DNA from: a virus
Lineage: Duplodnaviria > Caudoviricetes
Virus record (IMG/VR): IMGVR_UViG_3300031853_000007
Location: 32,001 to 96,000 of that record
Length of the DNA stretch: 64,000 bases
Strand: one strand, 5' to 3'
The notes under the pieces: generated by a model
Told to the model about the DNA's origin: nothing
The model's database searches: none
The model's input: only the letters and a program-made list of their open reading frames with translations
Made by a program: the position numbers and the translations under genes
In this document: in pieces, positions 20,672 to 29,926 of the stretch
Numbering within the stretch: the stretch's first letter is position 1
Layout of the letters: every line of letters begins with the position of its first letter

Positions 20672-22408
20672 TTATTTCCTGATTATGGGTTTGCGGTAAT
20701 GCAACCCAAAAGAGTTATTAATTGATTCTTTCTTTTTCTTTGATATATCTAATTCGAGTTCGCTTGCCATATAGTTAGCATACGCTAACGACGAATACCT
20801 ATCCTTCCTATCATTACCTTTCTCACTGAGCTTTACTTTTGCGCCAACAACTTCATATTTCAGATTTATGATTTCATTAATAAGAAGTGTAGTTTGTGTG
20901 TAAGGCATAAGCAACTCAGTCTTCTTTTCAGTTGCTAGGTTTTTGAATCCTTTGATAGAATGGAAATAAGTATCGGCTTCTTGCTCGTTAATTAGCAGTC
21001 TCAATTTACCACGCTTGATGTTATCTTTTAACAACGAAGCGCAGTCACTATTAAATTGCATACTAGCTTTGACACTGTATATAACCTTGGGTGGGTTAGA
21101 AGATTCACCCTTATATCTCGCCGCCATCTCATCATTATTTTTGCAAGTCAGGGCGGGATATACTTCGCCGGTATCGGGATTAGTTAAATCCTTTACAAGC
21201 TCGTCATATACAGACATACCAACACCAGCACAGTCAAGTATAAGATAATCACACTGAAAATCCTCATAAAGCTGTCTTATGCGGATAGCCTGAGTCTCGG
21301 AGTGTCCACCCTCAAAGTTTTCAAGGTACACAACGTTTCTTATATACTGGTTGTTATTAGTGGGTAATAGCTGTAGTATAGTCACAGACGTAGCGTCGTT
21401 CTTGTGCTTCTTACTACCCATGACCGCGATATCAGCAGCGAGCAATCTAATCTCGCCATTCTGCTTGACTGGTGTTTTAAACGTATTGATATTAACCATA
21501 TCGACAATCTCGGCTGGATAAAAAGCTGATTGTACTCTTCTAGCGAATACAAGTTCATCGTAGCTGAAATATGCGTCCTCGGCTTCTCCATGCCAGAGAC
21601 ACTCGTTCTCCATGCGGAAGCTGACCGAGTTAAAGCTGGCTTCGGACATTTCGTCCTCTACGTCCTCGCGCATCATTATGCCCTCTTTAATAGAGAGCTG
21701 ATAGGGGAGACCACATACAAAGTATGCTTTTTTATCATCGAGCATATTTGCTGCATATGATTTAACGTGACTCCAAGACCAGTGTTTTTTAAACCAAGCA
21801 GAACTAAGGTATATTTGTTTATTACGCTCTTTAAGATGTGCGTACTCAGGTTTATCTAAATATCCTGCTTCACGAGAGGAGGTAAGAAACTTTGTAAGTA
21901 CAGTATCTACAATACTCTTTTTGACCATTCTAAATTCATCAATTAATAGAATGTTAGCTCGATTGTGTCTTGCGTTATCACTTGCTGTTACTGTTTTTAC
22001 ATAAGAGCCATTCTTGAATATAACAAATGCGCCACTTGTGTTGTTCTTGTATTCCAATATCTCATTTCTTAATAGCGGAGACCTAGGCATTAGGAAGAGT
22101 ATTATCTTACTAACAATTTCAGCTGCTTGTTCCTTGCTGCCCGCCGCAATACATATCTGCGTGTTTGGGTATAGTATAGCTCGTTGACAGCAAAAAACCG
22201 CTCCTAACAAACTTTTGCCAATTCCCCTACAAGCGCAAAGTATGAATCTATTACTCATATTCATTGCGACCAATAGTATACATTGGAATATTTTCAACTT
22301 AATGTTCAAAAAATCTTCTGCAAATCTATGAGGGTTAGCTCTATAATAACCACACCATTTATTCACCGCTTCCATCTGCTTGGTTTTCTCTTTAGACCAG
22401 TTACGCAT
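20672..22408 (-). CDS. terL: Terminase large subunit
   Basis: Walker A CRGIGKS, Walker B LLIDE, YLSSA coupling motif, nuclease aspartates (AADIA, RKDRYSS). Confidence 0.9.
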   Translation of the reverse strand: MRNWSKEKTKQMEAVNKWCGYYRANPHRFAEDFLNIKLKIFQCILLVAMNMSNRFILCACRGIGKSLLGAVFCCQRAILYPNTQICIAAGSKEQAAEIVSKIILFLMPRSPLLRNEILEYKNNTSGAFVIFKNGSYVKTVTASDNARHNRANILLIDEFRMVKKSIVDTVLTKFLTSSREAGYLDKPEYAHLKERNKQIYLSSAWFKKHWSWSHVKSYAANMLDDKKAYFVCGLPYQLSIKEGIMMREDVEDEMSEASFNSVSFRMENECLWHGEAEDAYFSYDELVFARRVQSAFYPAEIVDMVNINTFKTPVKQNGEIRLLAADIAVMGSKKHKNDATSVTILQLLPTNNNQYIRNVVYLENFEGGHSETQAIRIRQLYEDFQCDYLILDCAGVGMSVYDELVKDLTNPDTGEVYPALTCKNNDEMAARYKGESSNPPKVIYSVKASMQFNSDCASLLKDNIKRGKLRLLINEQEADTYFHSIKGFKNLATEKKTELLMPYTQTTLLINEIINLKYEVVGAKVKLSEKGNDRKDRYSSLAYANYMASELELDISKKKKESINNSFGLHYRKPIIRK

Positions 22409-23484
22409 TAAGTATCACCACCAAACAGTTCGTCTGCATTGATCGCCGAATCATCATCGTCATCATAAGTAGGAGGCTCAACCGTATATTTAGATACTTC
22501 TTCTTCATACTCTTTTTCTAAAGCTTCGGTGTATTTATTCTTTACACCCATCATTCGACAGAAGTGCCCCAGTATCCAAACAAAAATATAATGTTTAATA
22601 CCGTCTACATCGCGGAATCTTTCATCGGGTTCGGATATCGGCTCCTCGTCTTCCCACTCTTTAATCTTCAAACCGAAACACTGATTATCCGTCAGCATCT
22701 CAGAGTCGGACTTCTGCTTAGGTTGCAGATTCGCCGATGCCATACTTGTATTGAACTGGTTAACGAGCTTGGTAATGTCACCGCCTTGTTCAAGTGCGTT
22801 CTGAATTTGTAACTGAATAAAACAGATATTTTTTATGATTGCCTTCTGAGTTATCTCTTCGCACTCTACGCTCTCACTCCATTCCTTATACTTAGTTTCT
22901 AAGAAATGATAGTCTCGATTCTCCAATCCGAAGCCCCAGAAATCCTTAGTCTCCTTGGATACATGTAGTTCCTCGACGGTTTCCGTAACCCTATACTGCT
23001 CCGTTATACTCTTCTCAATATCTTCAAGTATATTGTCAGCGTAAGTCTTATCAAGCAGAGACTCACGATTGTATAACAGCGTCAGATACTTAGTTACGCG
23101 GTTTCCGTCATTAGAATCCGCATACGCACTCTCAGCTAGGAAGTCGTTATAATACACATCAAGCATCATACAAACACGTCTGTATGCGGCATGATAATCG
23201 GGAAACGTTAGTGACGTTACATTAAATAAAGCATTTACACAGTCGCTACAATAAGGCATACGGTTGTGATTATTGACATTCATCACGCTGTAGCTTCGCG
23301 GAAACAGAGACGGATTATCCGAGTCCTTACCGCAAGAGCAACAATGGAATGTTTTCTCAGCCTTGTCACCCGCTTGAATCTTTAACATATCCTCGTTCAT
23401 TTCTCGAACACTTTTACGAACATATGTGCTCTTTGACCCCTTGGGGCGACCCATTGGCTTTTTAGTTAAATCTTGCTTGGGCAT
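22408..23484 (-). CDS. Zn-finger protein upstream of TerL (possible small terminase)
   Basis: Start re-placed at MPKQDL (RBS AAGGTGGGG); CCSC...CSDC; stop overlaps the terL start. Confidence 0.5.
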   Translation of the reverse strand: MPKQDLTKKPMGRPKGSKSTYVRKSVREMNEDMLKIQAGDKAEKTFHCCSCGKDSDNPSLFPRSYSVMNVNNHNRMPYCSDCVNALFNVTSLTFPDYHAAYRRVCMMLDVYYNDFLAESAYADSNDGNRVTKYLTLLYNRESLLDKTYADNILEDIEKSITEQYRVTETVEELHVSKETKDFWGFGLENRDYHFLETKYKEWSESVECEEITQKAIIKNICFIQLQIQNALEQGGDITKLVNQFNTSMASANLQPKQKSDSEMLTDNQCFGLKIKEWEDEEPISEPDERFRDVDGIKHYIFVWILGHFCRMMGVKNKYTEALEKEYEEEVSKYTVEPPTYDDDDDSAINADELFGGDT

Positions 23485-23509
23485 AACACCCCACCTTTCT
23501 TTCTTGTTT

Positions 23510-23555
23510 TGGAAGCTGCGTCGGGGAGTCGAACCCCGATTGAATCCCTCGCAAC
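23510..23555 (-). ncRNA. tRNA-like acceptor + T-arm minihelix ending in CCA
   Basis: GUUGCG-10 nt-UCGGGG UUCGACU CCCCGA-CGCAGC UUCCA; no D or anticodon arm. Confidence 0.45.
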
Positions 23556-23589
23556 AAATAAGCGCCACCGAATGATGGCACTAGTATAA

Positions 23590-24348
23590 TTAAGAGAAAT
23601 CTTCTCTTAGCTTTTCGATTATTGTGATTTGACCTTTACCAGTTACATATGTAGTGTGACCTATCTTGGTAGCATATGGTGTTTCAAATGTGTATTCCTT
23701 TACTTCAAACAACCCGCTATCAATATATCTCTGGTAGGGCTGGTTTTTATGCTTTTCATCAGACATAAGGTATTTCTTATCTCTTAGCCACTTGAATAAT
23801 CTCTTTTGCCCTATACGAATGTTTTCGTCTTTAGCAAGCTTGGCTAGTGTGTTAATATCTATCAAATCGCTGGTGTCGGCAACGTGGTCGGCAAATGCAA
23901 CTTTTGGCTTATCTTCTTCTACTTTACGTTCAAGAGCGAGTTTTTCCTCTTGCTCCTCTATCCAACGCTTTGCTCGCTCAACGGGATCGTCAATCATATA
24001 ACTATCCATTAGCTTATATGTACCAGTCTTGCGAATGGCAGGTAAAACTTCGGAAGTAACCCAATGTTTAAAATATTTAGCTTCGGGAAGCTTGCTGCCA
24101 AAGATAAGAGAGTAGATACCGGATTCGTTAATAATAGTTGCTTTACTTTTGTAGTTGGAACCAGTGTCGGGAATTACGACGGTGGTTTTATCCTCCGAAT
24201 CTACGTGTCTCGCCATGGCATCTCTCGGATTACTATACCCTAACGCTTCCGCCACATCCTTGCCTACAAACCACGGCTCTCCATCAATTATAGTTGTTCT
24301 TACACTGCCAAAGTTCTTGTTTTCAAATACTGTTACGATTTCATTCAT
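23590..24348 (-). CDS. BRO-N / ANT (KilA-C) antirepressor
   Basis: GEPWFVGKDVAEALGY, INESGIYSLI, FKHWVTSEVLP, KPKVAFAD, VTGKGQ. Confidence 0.9.
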   Translation of the reverse strand: MNEIVTVFENKNFGSVRTTIIDGEPWFVGKDVAEALGYSNPRDAMARHVDSEDKTTVVIPDTGSNYKSKATIINESGIYSLIFGSKLPEAKYFKHWVTSEVLPAIRKTGTYKLMDSYMIDDPVERAKRWIEEQEEKLALERKVEEDKPKVAFADHVADTSDLIDINTLAKLAKDENIRIGQKRLFKWLRDKKYLMSDEKHKNQPYQRYIDSGLFEVKEYTFETPYATKIGHTTYVTGKGQITIIEKLREDFS

Positions 24349-24390
24349 AAATAATCATCGACCTTTCTGTTTTGTTTTTTATATTTAGAC

Positions 24391-24576
24391 TTACATACCA
24401 CTAAGAGTAAGTAGATCTTTTCTTAACTTTTCATCGTCTCTAAAGACAAAAACTGTTTTGTCTATATTGTTTTTATCGGGTTTTATATCTATAATAAGAT
24501 TACCCATTCTTAAAAGTCTTCTTGCCGTAGCTGGAGCAAATATAGACTTGCCTTTTACCGATGCTGTATTATTCAT
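24391..24576 (-). CDS. Small hypothetical protein
   Basis: Start re-placed at MNNTAS; ARRLL..G..IIDIKP...KTVFVF pattern. Confidence 0.55.
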   Translation of the reverse strand: MNNTASVKGKSIFAPATARRLLRMGNLIIDIKPDKNNIDKTVFVFRDDEKLRKDLLTLSGM

Positions 24577-24610
24577 TTCTTTTGAGACCTTTCTCTTTTT
24601 AAAGTATCTT

Positions 24611-25321
24611 TTACATCTTATCAGCCCATGCTGATAGTTCGCCCCTATAATTCTTTGTGAGGTGGCAAACCCTCGCCCATTCCTTATTCTGAAAATGTTC
24701 GATACATCTGCCAAGTCCTGAGTCTTCGGGTTTAATTCCCTGTACCTGTAACGATGAGCCAATGACACACACGTAACAATCGTCGTGACATCTCGTGAGA
24801 ACTGCTTTAAGTTGCTCTTTAGTCATACACTGAGCTTCGTCGATAATCACAAATTTCCTAGAGAAATCACTGCCGAGTATATACACATCCGTCATAGGCG
24901 TGAAGATACCAGTTCCCATCTTCTGGTTCATATAAGTATCGTCGTTTATCACAGTTACCGGATTCTCACCAAGATTAATTAGAGTATGAATAAGAGGAGC
25001 CATATAAACCGATTCTTTGTCCGCACGGTCTCCGGGGAGAAATCCTAGCCGTCCTTCTGAACTAGGGGTTCTGATATAGTACGCTTCGTCGCAAATGCCA
25101 TATCTCACATACATAAGAGCTACCGCTACCGCCATAGTGGTTTTTCCTGAACCTGCTACCGCATCAGCTATTACAAGTTTGACATCTCTATCCCAAAGAC
25201 AATCTCTGTAATATAACTGTTCGGAATCACTACAATCGAGACCATAGAAAGGATGGTCTTCGAGTGTCTTGGGCGGTTCACCATATGGTAATGCTATATT
25301 TTTCTTTGTTGATTTAGCCAT
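24611..25321 (-). CDS. phoH: PhoH-like ATPase
   Basis: AVAGSGKT, LGFLPG, IIDEAQ, LTR, YRGELS. Confidence 0.9.
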   Translation of the reverse strand: MAKSTKKNIALPYGEPPKTLEDHPFYGLDCSDSEQLYYRDCLWDRDVKLVIADAVAGSGKTTMAVAVALMYVRYGICDEAYYIRTPSSEGRLGFLPGDRADKESVYMAPLIHTLINLGENPVTVINDDTYMNQKMGTGIFTPMTDVYILGSDFSRKFVIIDEAQCMTKEQLKAVLTRCHDDCYVCVIGSSLQVQGIKPEDSGLGRCIEHFQNKEWARVCHLTKNYRGELSAWADKM

Positions 25322-25953
25322 TAGAATACCTCATTAAGATCATCAATTATTCCAGAAACCACACCTAGTTCAAGCTGCATCGAGCTTGACAGGTACCAAT
25401 CTTTTGTCCAATTAGCGGACAGTCTCTTCTTTGTAATATTGGTACGTTCAATAATGTAATCTGCCATCATCTCAACTGTACGCTTATAATTCTTCTGGCT
25501 TTCTTGTATCTGTTCATAATCGCCGACCTGCTGACTACTACCGGGATGAAACATAGCAGTACTATACTTCATCGCGTATCTCTTATGCCCCGCGAGAAGA
25601 AGCAATGCGCCCATACTCATAGCAATACCAGCATTAACGGTATAAACAGGAGTCTTGCTTGCGGTAATTGCAGAGATAAGAGCGTATCCCTGATGTACGT
25701 CACCGCCGTAGCTATAAATGAATATTACTATCGGCTTTCTCTCTTCGACCGGGAGGTTCTTGTCTGCGCGATTATACTCATAAATCTGTTTAGTGATTTC
25801 AAAAGTATTTTCAGTAATATCATCGTCAATGTAAATAACTCTGTCGTCATAGTCTTTGTAGTACCTCAATATATCTGGGTCGGGTAAGTGTACGTCTGTT
25901 AATTCCTTGGGAATCTTTATATCCAGCGCGTAAACATCGTCCATAAAATCCAT
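25321..25953 (-). CDS. clpP: ClpP-like protease
   Basis: PIVIFIYSYGG, AMSMGALLL (Ser), MFHP (His), DWYL (Asp). Confidence 0.88.
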   Translation of the reverse strand: MDFMDDVYALDIKIPKELTDVHLPDPDILRYYKDYDDRVIYIDDDITENTFEITKQIYEYNRADKNLPVEERKPIVIFIYSYGGDVHQGYALISAITASKTPVYTVNAGIAMSMGALLLLAGHKRYAMKYSTAMFHPGSSQQVGDYEQIQESQKNYKRTVEMMADYIIERTNITKKRLSANWTKDWYLSSSMQLELGVVSGIIDDLNEVF

Positions 25954-25987
25954 ATACCGTATCTACCTTTCGTTCTTTAAAATTTTA

Positions 25988-26588
25988 GCATCGTAGGATA
26001 CCACATTTATATTTACACAGACCTTCGCCTTACCTCCATTAACTTTCCATGTTGTTCGACCACTGAGAAGTCAAGGCTGAATATAAAGGAGCTACCTTTA
26101 TACTTCTTGACTACTTATAAACCTCAGGCGGGACTGTTACCCACAAATTTCACCAAACGTTCAGCATTACCCCCGAAGAGGATTTATTCATCTTAAATTC
26201 TATAATACTTTAGAAGAATAAACTTTACTTGTGATATGGCTACTCTAACTGGCGACTTGTCTTATACCCCGTTTGACCGAGTTCAACACAAATGCGATTG
26301 CTTGGATTACCCAAGGAACCCCACGGTTTCCACGCCGCAGGTTTTGGGCTTATTCTACACACGTAGCGTCTATTACTCGCACGACAAGTTCCATGTCTTA
26401 CACAACGTTAACTCTTAGCACCACCACTAATATCAAGGGTTTCCCTTTCTTGCTTATACGTCACCGCATAAGAATCGACTTATCATCACAAGTATCCTTG
26501 CAATAATATTCGGTTAAGTAGCGTCTCGGCAGGGTGTTAACCATCTGCACCGAGTTGTTGTAAATATAAATCTAGCATCCTACAATGC
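25988..26588 (-). ncRNA. Large (~600 nt) highly structured ncRNA, ROOL-like
   Basis: Ends closed by 12-bp (25988-25999/26577-26588) and perfect 13-bp (26005-26017/26559-26571) helices, plus an internal 10-bp helix (26226-26235/26485-26494). A G-U wobble favours the minus strand. Starts just 3' of tRNA-Asn. Family assignment is from size and context. Confidence 0.65.
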
Positions 26589-26592
26589 CAAG

Positions 26593-26665
26593 CTCTCCGA
26601 CTAGGACTCGAACCTAGAACCGACTCGTTAACAGCGAGCTGCACTACCGCTTGTGCTATCGGAAA
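26593..26665 (-). tRNA. tRNA-Asn (GTT)
   Basis: Full cloverleaf, anticodon loop CT GTT AA, T-loop TTCGAGT; CCA not encoded. Confidence 0.9.
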
Positions 26666-26723
26666 GTATATGAGCTTTTTATCCTCATGCTCAGGAGCAA
26701 AAAGAGGTGAAAACATAAGAGAA

Positions 26724-26795
26724 TTGCGCGCTCAAGAATCGAACTCAAAACCGTAGGTCATGACCCTACTCGTGTTACCATTACACCAACGCGCG
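26724..26795 (-). tRNA. Atypical/degenerate tRNA with CAT anticodon (fMet-like C1:A72)
   Basis: Acceptor CGCGCGT/GCGCGCA, D-stem GTGT/ACAC, anticodon stem GTAGG/CCTAC with loop GTCATGA; weak T-stem. Confidence 0.5.
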
Positions 26796-27032
26796 ATATA
26801 ATAAAATGAGGGCGGGAATAAGTCGAACCTATTCTCCGCCCACTAAATCCAAAGGATTCAGAATGAAGAAAATGGTGACAGCAACGAGTAATTACCTCCG
26901 GCTATATTTGTCATGCAAGCATGAGCGTCCTTTGATTGCTGCCATATAATGCGGTGACAATCGCCACCGCTGATACGTAATATGTGAACTCACCCGCCGA
27001 GTTGAAATTGTTGCGGGGTCACACAATAGTAT

Positions 27033-27314
27033 TTACTTATCGTTGATTGCCTGATTAAGCTTGTGGGAAATCTTAAAGGTATAAGCTACTCTCTCAGGTA
27101 CCTGAATCTTCTCGTCAGTCTGAGGGTTTCTACAAACTCTCGCCTTACGCATTCTACGTCTGAAAGTACCGAGATCGGAAAGCAGAATCTTTTCCTCGTC
27201 TCCCATCATAGCCTCACGCAGAACCTCAATAAACGCAGTGTATGCGATATCACAGTTCTCCAGTGTAAAATTAGTCTTCTTAGAAATAGCTCTAAGTATG
27301 TCAATCTTTGTCAT
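27033..27314 (-). CDS. HU/IHF-family DNA-binding protein
   Basis: MTKIDIL, LGTF, RKARVCRNPQT, FKIS. Confidence 0.9.
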   Translation of the reverse strand: MTKIDILRAISKKTNFTLENCDIAYTAFIEVLREAMMGDEEKILLSDLGTFRRRMRKARVCRNPQTDEKIQVPERVAYTFKISHKLNQAINDK

Positions 27315-27340
27315 GTCGTTCTCTCCTTTTGTTCTTGTTC

Positions 27341-28570
27341 TTATAGAATAATCTTATGTGTCTCGTTAAGCCCGAATTTTTTATCGAACCCAAATATCAT
27401 AGCAGCGGGCTTGCTTGACTTCATCAACTGCTCTGCGTATGGGTCGTTACCGACGATAGATGGAACTACGACAACTTCTGTGTCATATGCGCCGCAACTA
27501 TTGCCAGCTATAGTCTTACTAGAATGGTAATGTCCCAAGAATGCGTAGTCTATAAACTCCCGACGATAAGATGAGATATCATTCAGGTAGTTATCGACAC
27601 TCTTGATGCCATGACCATGATGTGCGATTATCTTGAATCCGAAGATGGGTATATCAATATACCCACGGTCTGAGGTTGAGTGGATTCGCACGTTTGGATT
27701 CTCAGACAGAACGTCAATTAGATAATGGTCAATTATGTAAGTGACATCCTCAGCGGCAAGCTCACTTGCTTTGCTACCGAGAGGTCTTGTCTGATTATGA
27801 TTAGAACGAGGTACGCTATAATAGTCTATTACGCATTCTTTACTAATCTCGTAAAGGAAGTTTGCTAGAAGTCGGCAGACACCTATGATAGACTTAACAA
27901 CGCTTGTCTCATTAATCTGTAAATCCGTAAGTCTCAATATACCCTGAATCTCATCTCCGAGGTTGAGTATGTTGAGATGCTTCAAATTCTTTTCCCAGAT
28001 AAAAGCTCTGGTGTATTCAATCAGTTCCTTGAATCGCTTGTTACACTCCTCGATACTGTAACTATTGGTTTCGGTAACGAAGTGTGAACCATAATGGATA
28101 TCGGCAATAGTAAGCAGGTATTCCTTTTCGTCTACGCCGAGGAAGCAGTGACCCGAAAAATCCATAGGCGGAGAGGGTAGCTTCTGCAACCCCTGACCTA
28201 TCTTTTCGTAGAACAAATCAAATCTCGCGTCTTGTCTCTTATACCGATTGAGTTCAATCTTTTCCGCATTGACCTTGTAACGTTCAGTTCTAAGGTCTTC
28301 GATACGCTTCTGGATTCTTTCTGAATCGTCGTTCATATCGTCCTTGGTGAACACATCATTATAGAACTGCTTGGCGGCAGCATATCTCTTACGATATGCA
28401 GACTCGCCCTTGTAGCAGTCATCGTCCTCATTATAAAGATTGTAGTTCACGTCAGACAAAACTTCCGTCCAATTCTTATAGTACCCGTCGTCAATCATAT
28501 TTCCAACGCGCCACAGATATTGATTCTCGTTTTCGTCGTCTCGCTTCTTTAGGTTATTATCCATCTCCAC
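27341..28570 (-). CDS. Calcineurin-like metallophosphoesterase
   Basis: ADIHYG, LGD, SNH, HHGH, GHYH. Confidence 0.85.
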   Translation of the reverse strand: MEMDNNLKKRDDENENQYLWRVGNMIDDGYYKNWTEVLSDVNYNLYNEDDDCYKGESAYRKRYAAAKQFYNDVFTKDDMNDDSERIQKRIEDLRTERYKVNAEKIELNRYKRQDARFDLFYEKIGQGLQKLPSPPMDFSGHCFLGVDEKEYLLTIADIHYGSHFVTETNSYSIEECNKRFKELIEYTRAFIWEKNLKHLNILNLGDEIQGILRLTDLQINETSVVKSIIGVCRLLANFLYEISKECVIDYYSVPRSNHNQTRPLGSKASELAAEDVTYIIDHYLIDVLSENPNVRIHSTSDRGYIDIPIFGFKIIAHHGHGIKSVDNYLNDISSYRREFIDYAFLGHYHSSKTIAGNSCGAYDTEVVVVPSIVGNDPYAEQLMKSSKPAAMIFGFDKKFGLNETHKIIL

Positions 28571-28736
28571 CCTCCGATCTTCTTATATCGTCGAGGGCTT
28601 TCTTGATATGCTTTCCTTCCTCACAATAGTATGTCTTGCTGCCAGCGCCCTTCTTGCGGCGCGAGCAAACCTTAATACTGATGTTCGGAAACATCTTTCG
28701 CAGTTCAAAGCTTTCCTTCTGTGTAATTGTATACAA
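28557..28736 (-). CDS. Small basic hypothetical protein
   Basis: TTG start after AAAGGGGA; overlaps the next gene. Confidence 0.5.
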   Translation of the reverse strand: MYTITQKESFELRKMFPNISIKVCSRRKKGAGSKTYYCEEGKHIKKALDDIRRSEGGDG

Positions 28737-28890
28737 ACCTGTATCCCCTTTGTTTCGTAGTAAGAGCGCAAAAATCCGCACCCTTCCATAATCATCGAGT
28801 TAGAAATTTCTTAAAACGTGAAAGTTTCGGGCGTTTCCAACAAAAATGGAAAGTTGCGGAATGAAAATATGCGCTGTTTTTGTAATTTTT

Positions 28891-29566
28891 TTACTGCTTA
28901 ACTTCTATGTAATTGATTCCGTACAGATGAATAATACCATTTGCGTCCTCTTCGAGATGACCAACAGGCTCCTTGCTAGTTAGTATCAAATCAAAGAAAG
29001 CTCCGTTACGCGAATTAAATAGTATGTTGAGCAGAGACATAGTGATATCTTTGTTCTCAGGCTTCTCTAATTCTTTGAGCAGGAAGTACATTGTACTCGT
29101 TGTCATTTTCAGGTTGGTGATGAAGTCGGAGCAACGTTCCTTAATCTCGGAAACGGCGCGGTACTTCTCTTCACCGCTTGAATGGTTGGCGGCATATACC
29201 ATCTGTATGTCAGCCTTGGCTTCGCGTACTACATCCAGTACTCGACGTATCTGGCTGTAGTTCTGCTGACCTTTTTCATACATAGACCTATCTACAATAG
29301 CAAGGAATGGGATCTGAGCTGTTGTACCATCCCATCTATAGCGGGGGATATGAAATCTACGTATCGCCGTCTGTACGTAATCCATTGTCGTGTGATGCTT
29401 CTTATAGTTCTTACGCTTAGAGTTGTAGTACCCTTTGGTTCGGGCAAGGTGTCCGAAGAAGTTAGGTTTGATATACCTATCCTTTTTGTCTTTGCGGAGA
29501 TACTTCTTTTTGAGTATCCCGATTTCCTCGGTACTGTCAAGCTGGTATTCTTTCTTTGCTTTATCT
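28891..29566 (-). CDS. YonO-like RNA polymerase, exon 2
   Basis: Frame open from 29565 (DKAKKEY...KPNFF...TTMDY) through the 164-aa track ORF. Confidence 0.85.
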
Positions 29567-29926
29567 CTTTTGTGTTTGCCGGTGTCGCTAATACCGACGG
29601 TTTCCCCTCATGCTTTCACATGAGAACAGACTATATCTTCACCATATAAAGGTGTACACCATAGCAGGATGTCAATAGCTTACATTCCCACACTCTTTCG
29701 AGTTAGTCGTTGAGCCTTTCCCTATTCGGGACTTGGTTGCGCGGTTGCCGATTATACCACACTTAGGATTTAACCTTATGCTATACACATTGTTCTTTCT
29801 GCTTTCGCCGCTATCACGCTCAGACATATTTCATTCTCACGTTGTAGCCAATGTGTCTTTACGGGTTTCCCGCAGTTAGATGTATTTATTTATGCACACA
29901 TTTCTGTATACCGAGACCAATAATCA
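29567..29926 (-). ncRNA. Group I intron (IA-like, 360 nt, no ORF) in the RNA polymerase gene
   Basis: P AACUGCGGGAAA, Q GCAACCGCGCAACCAAG, R GGCUCAACGACUA, S GAAGAUAUAGUCU; P1 GAGAU/GUCUC; terminal G. Ligation GAG AU|A GAU AAA gives EIDKAKK. Confidence 0.92.
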
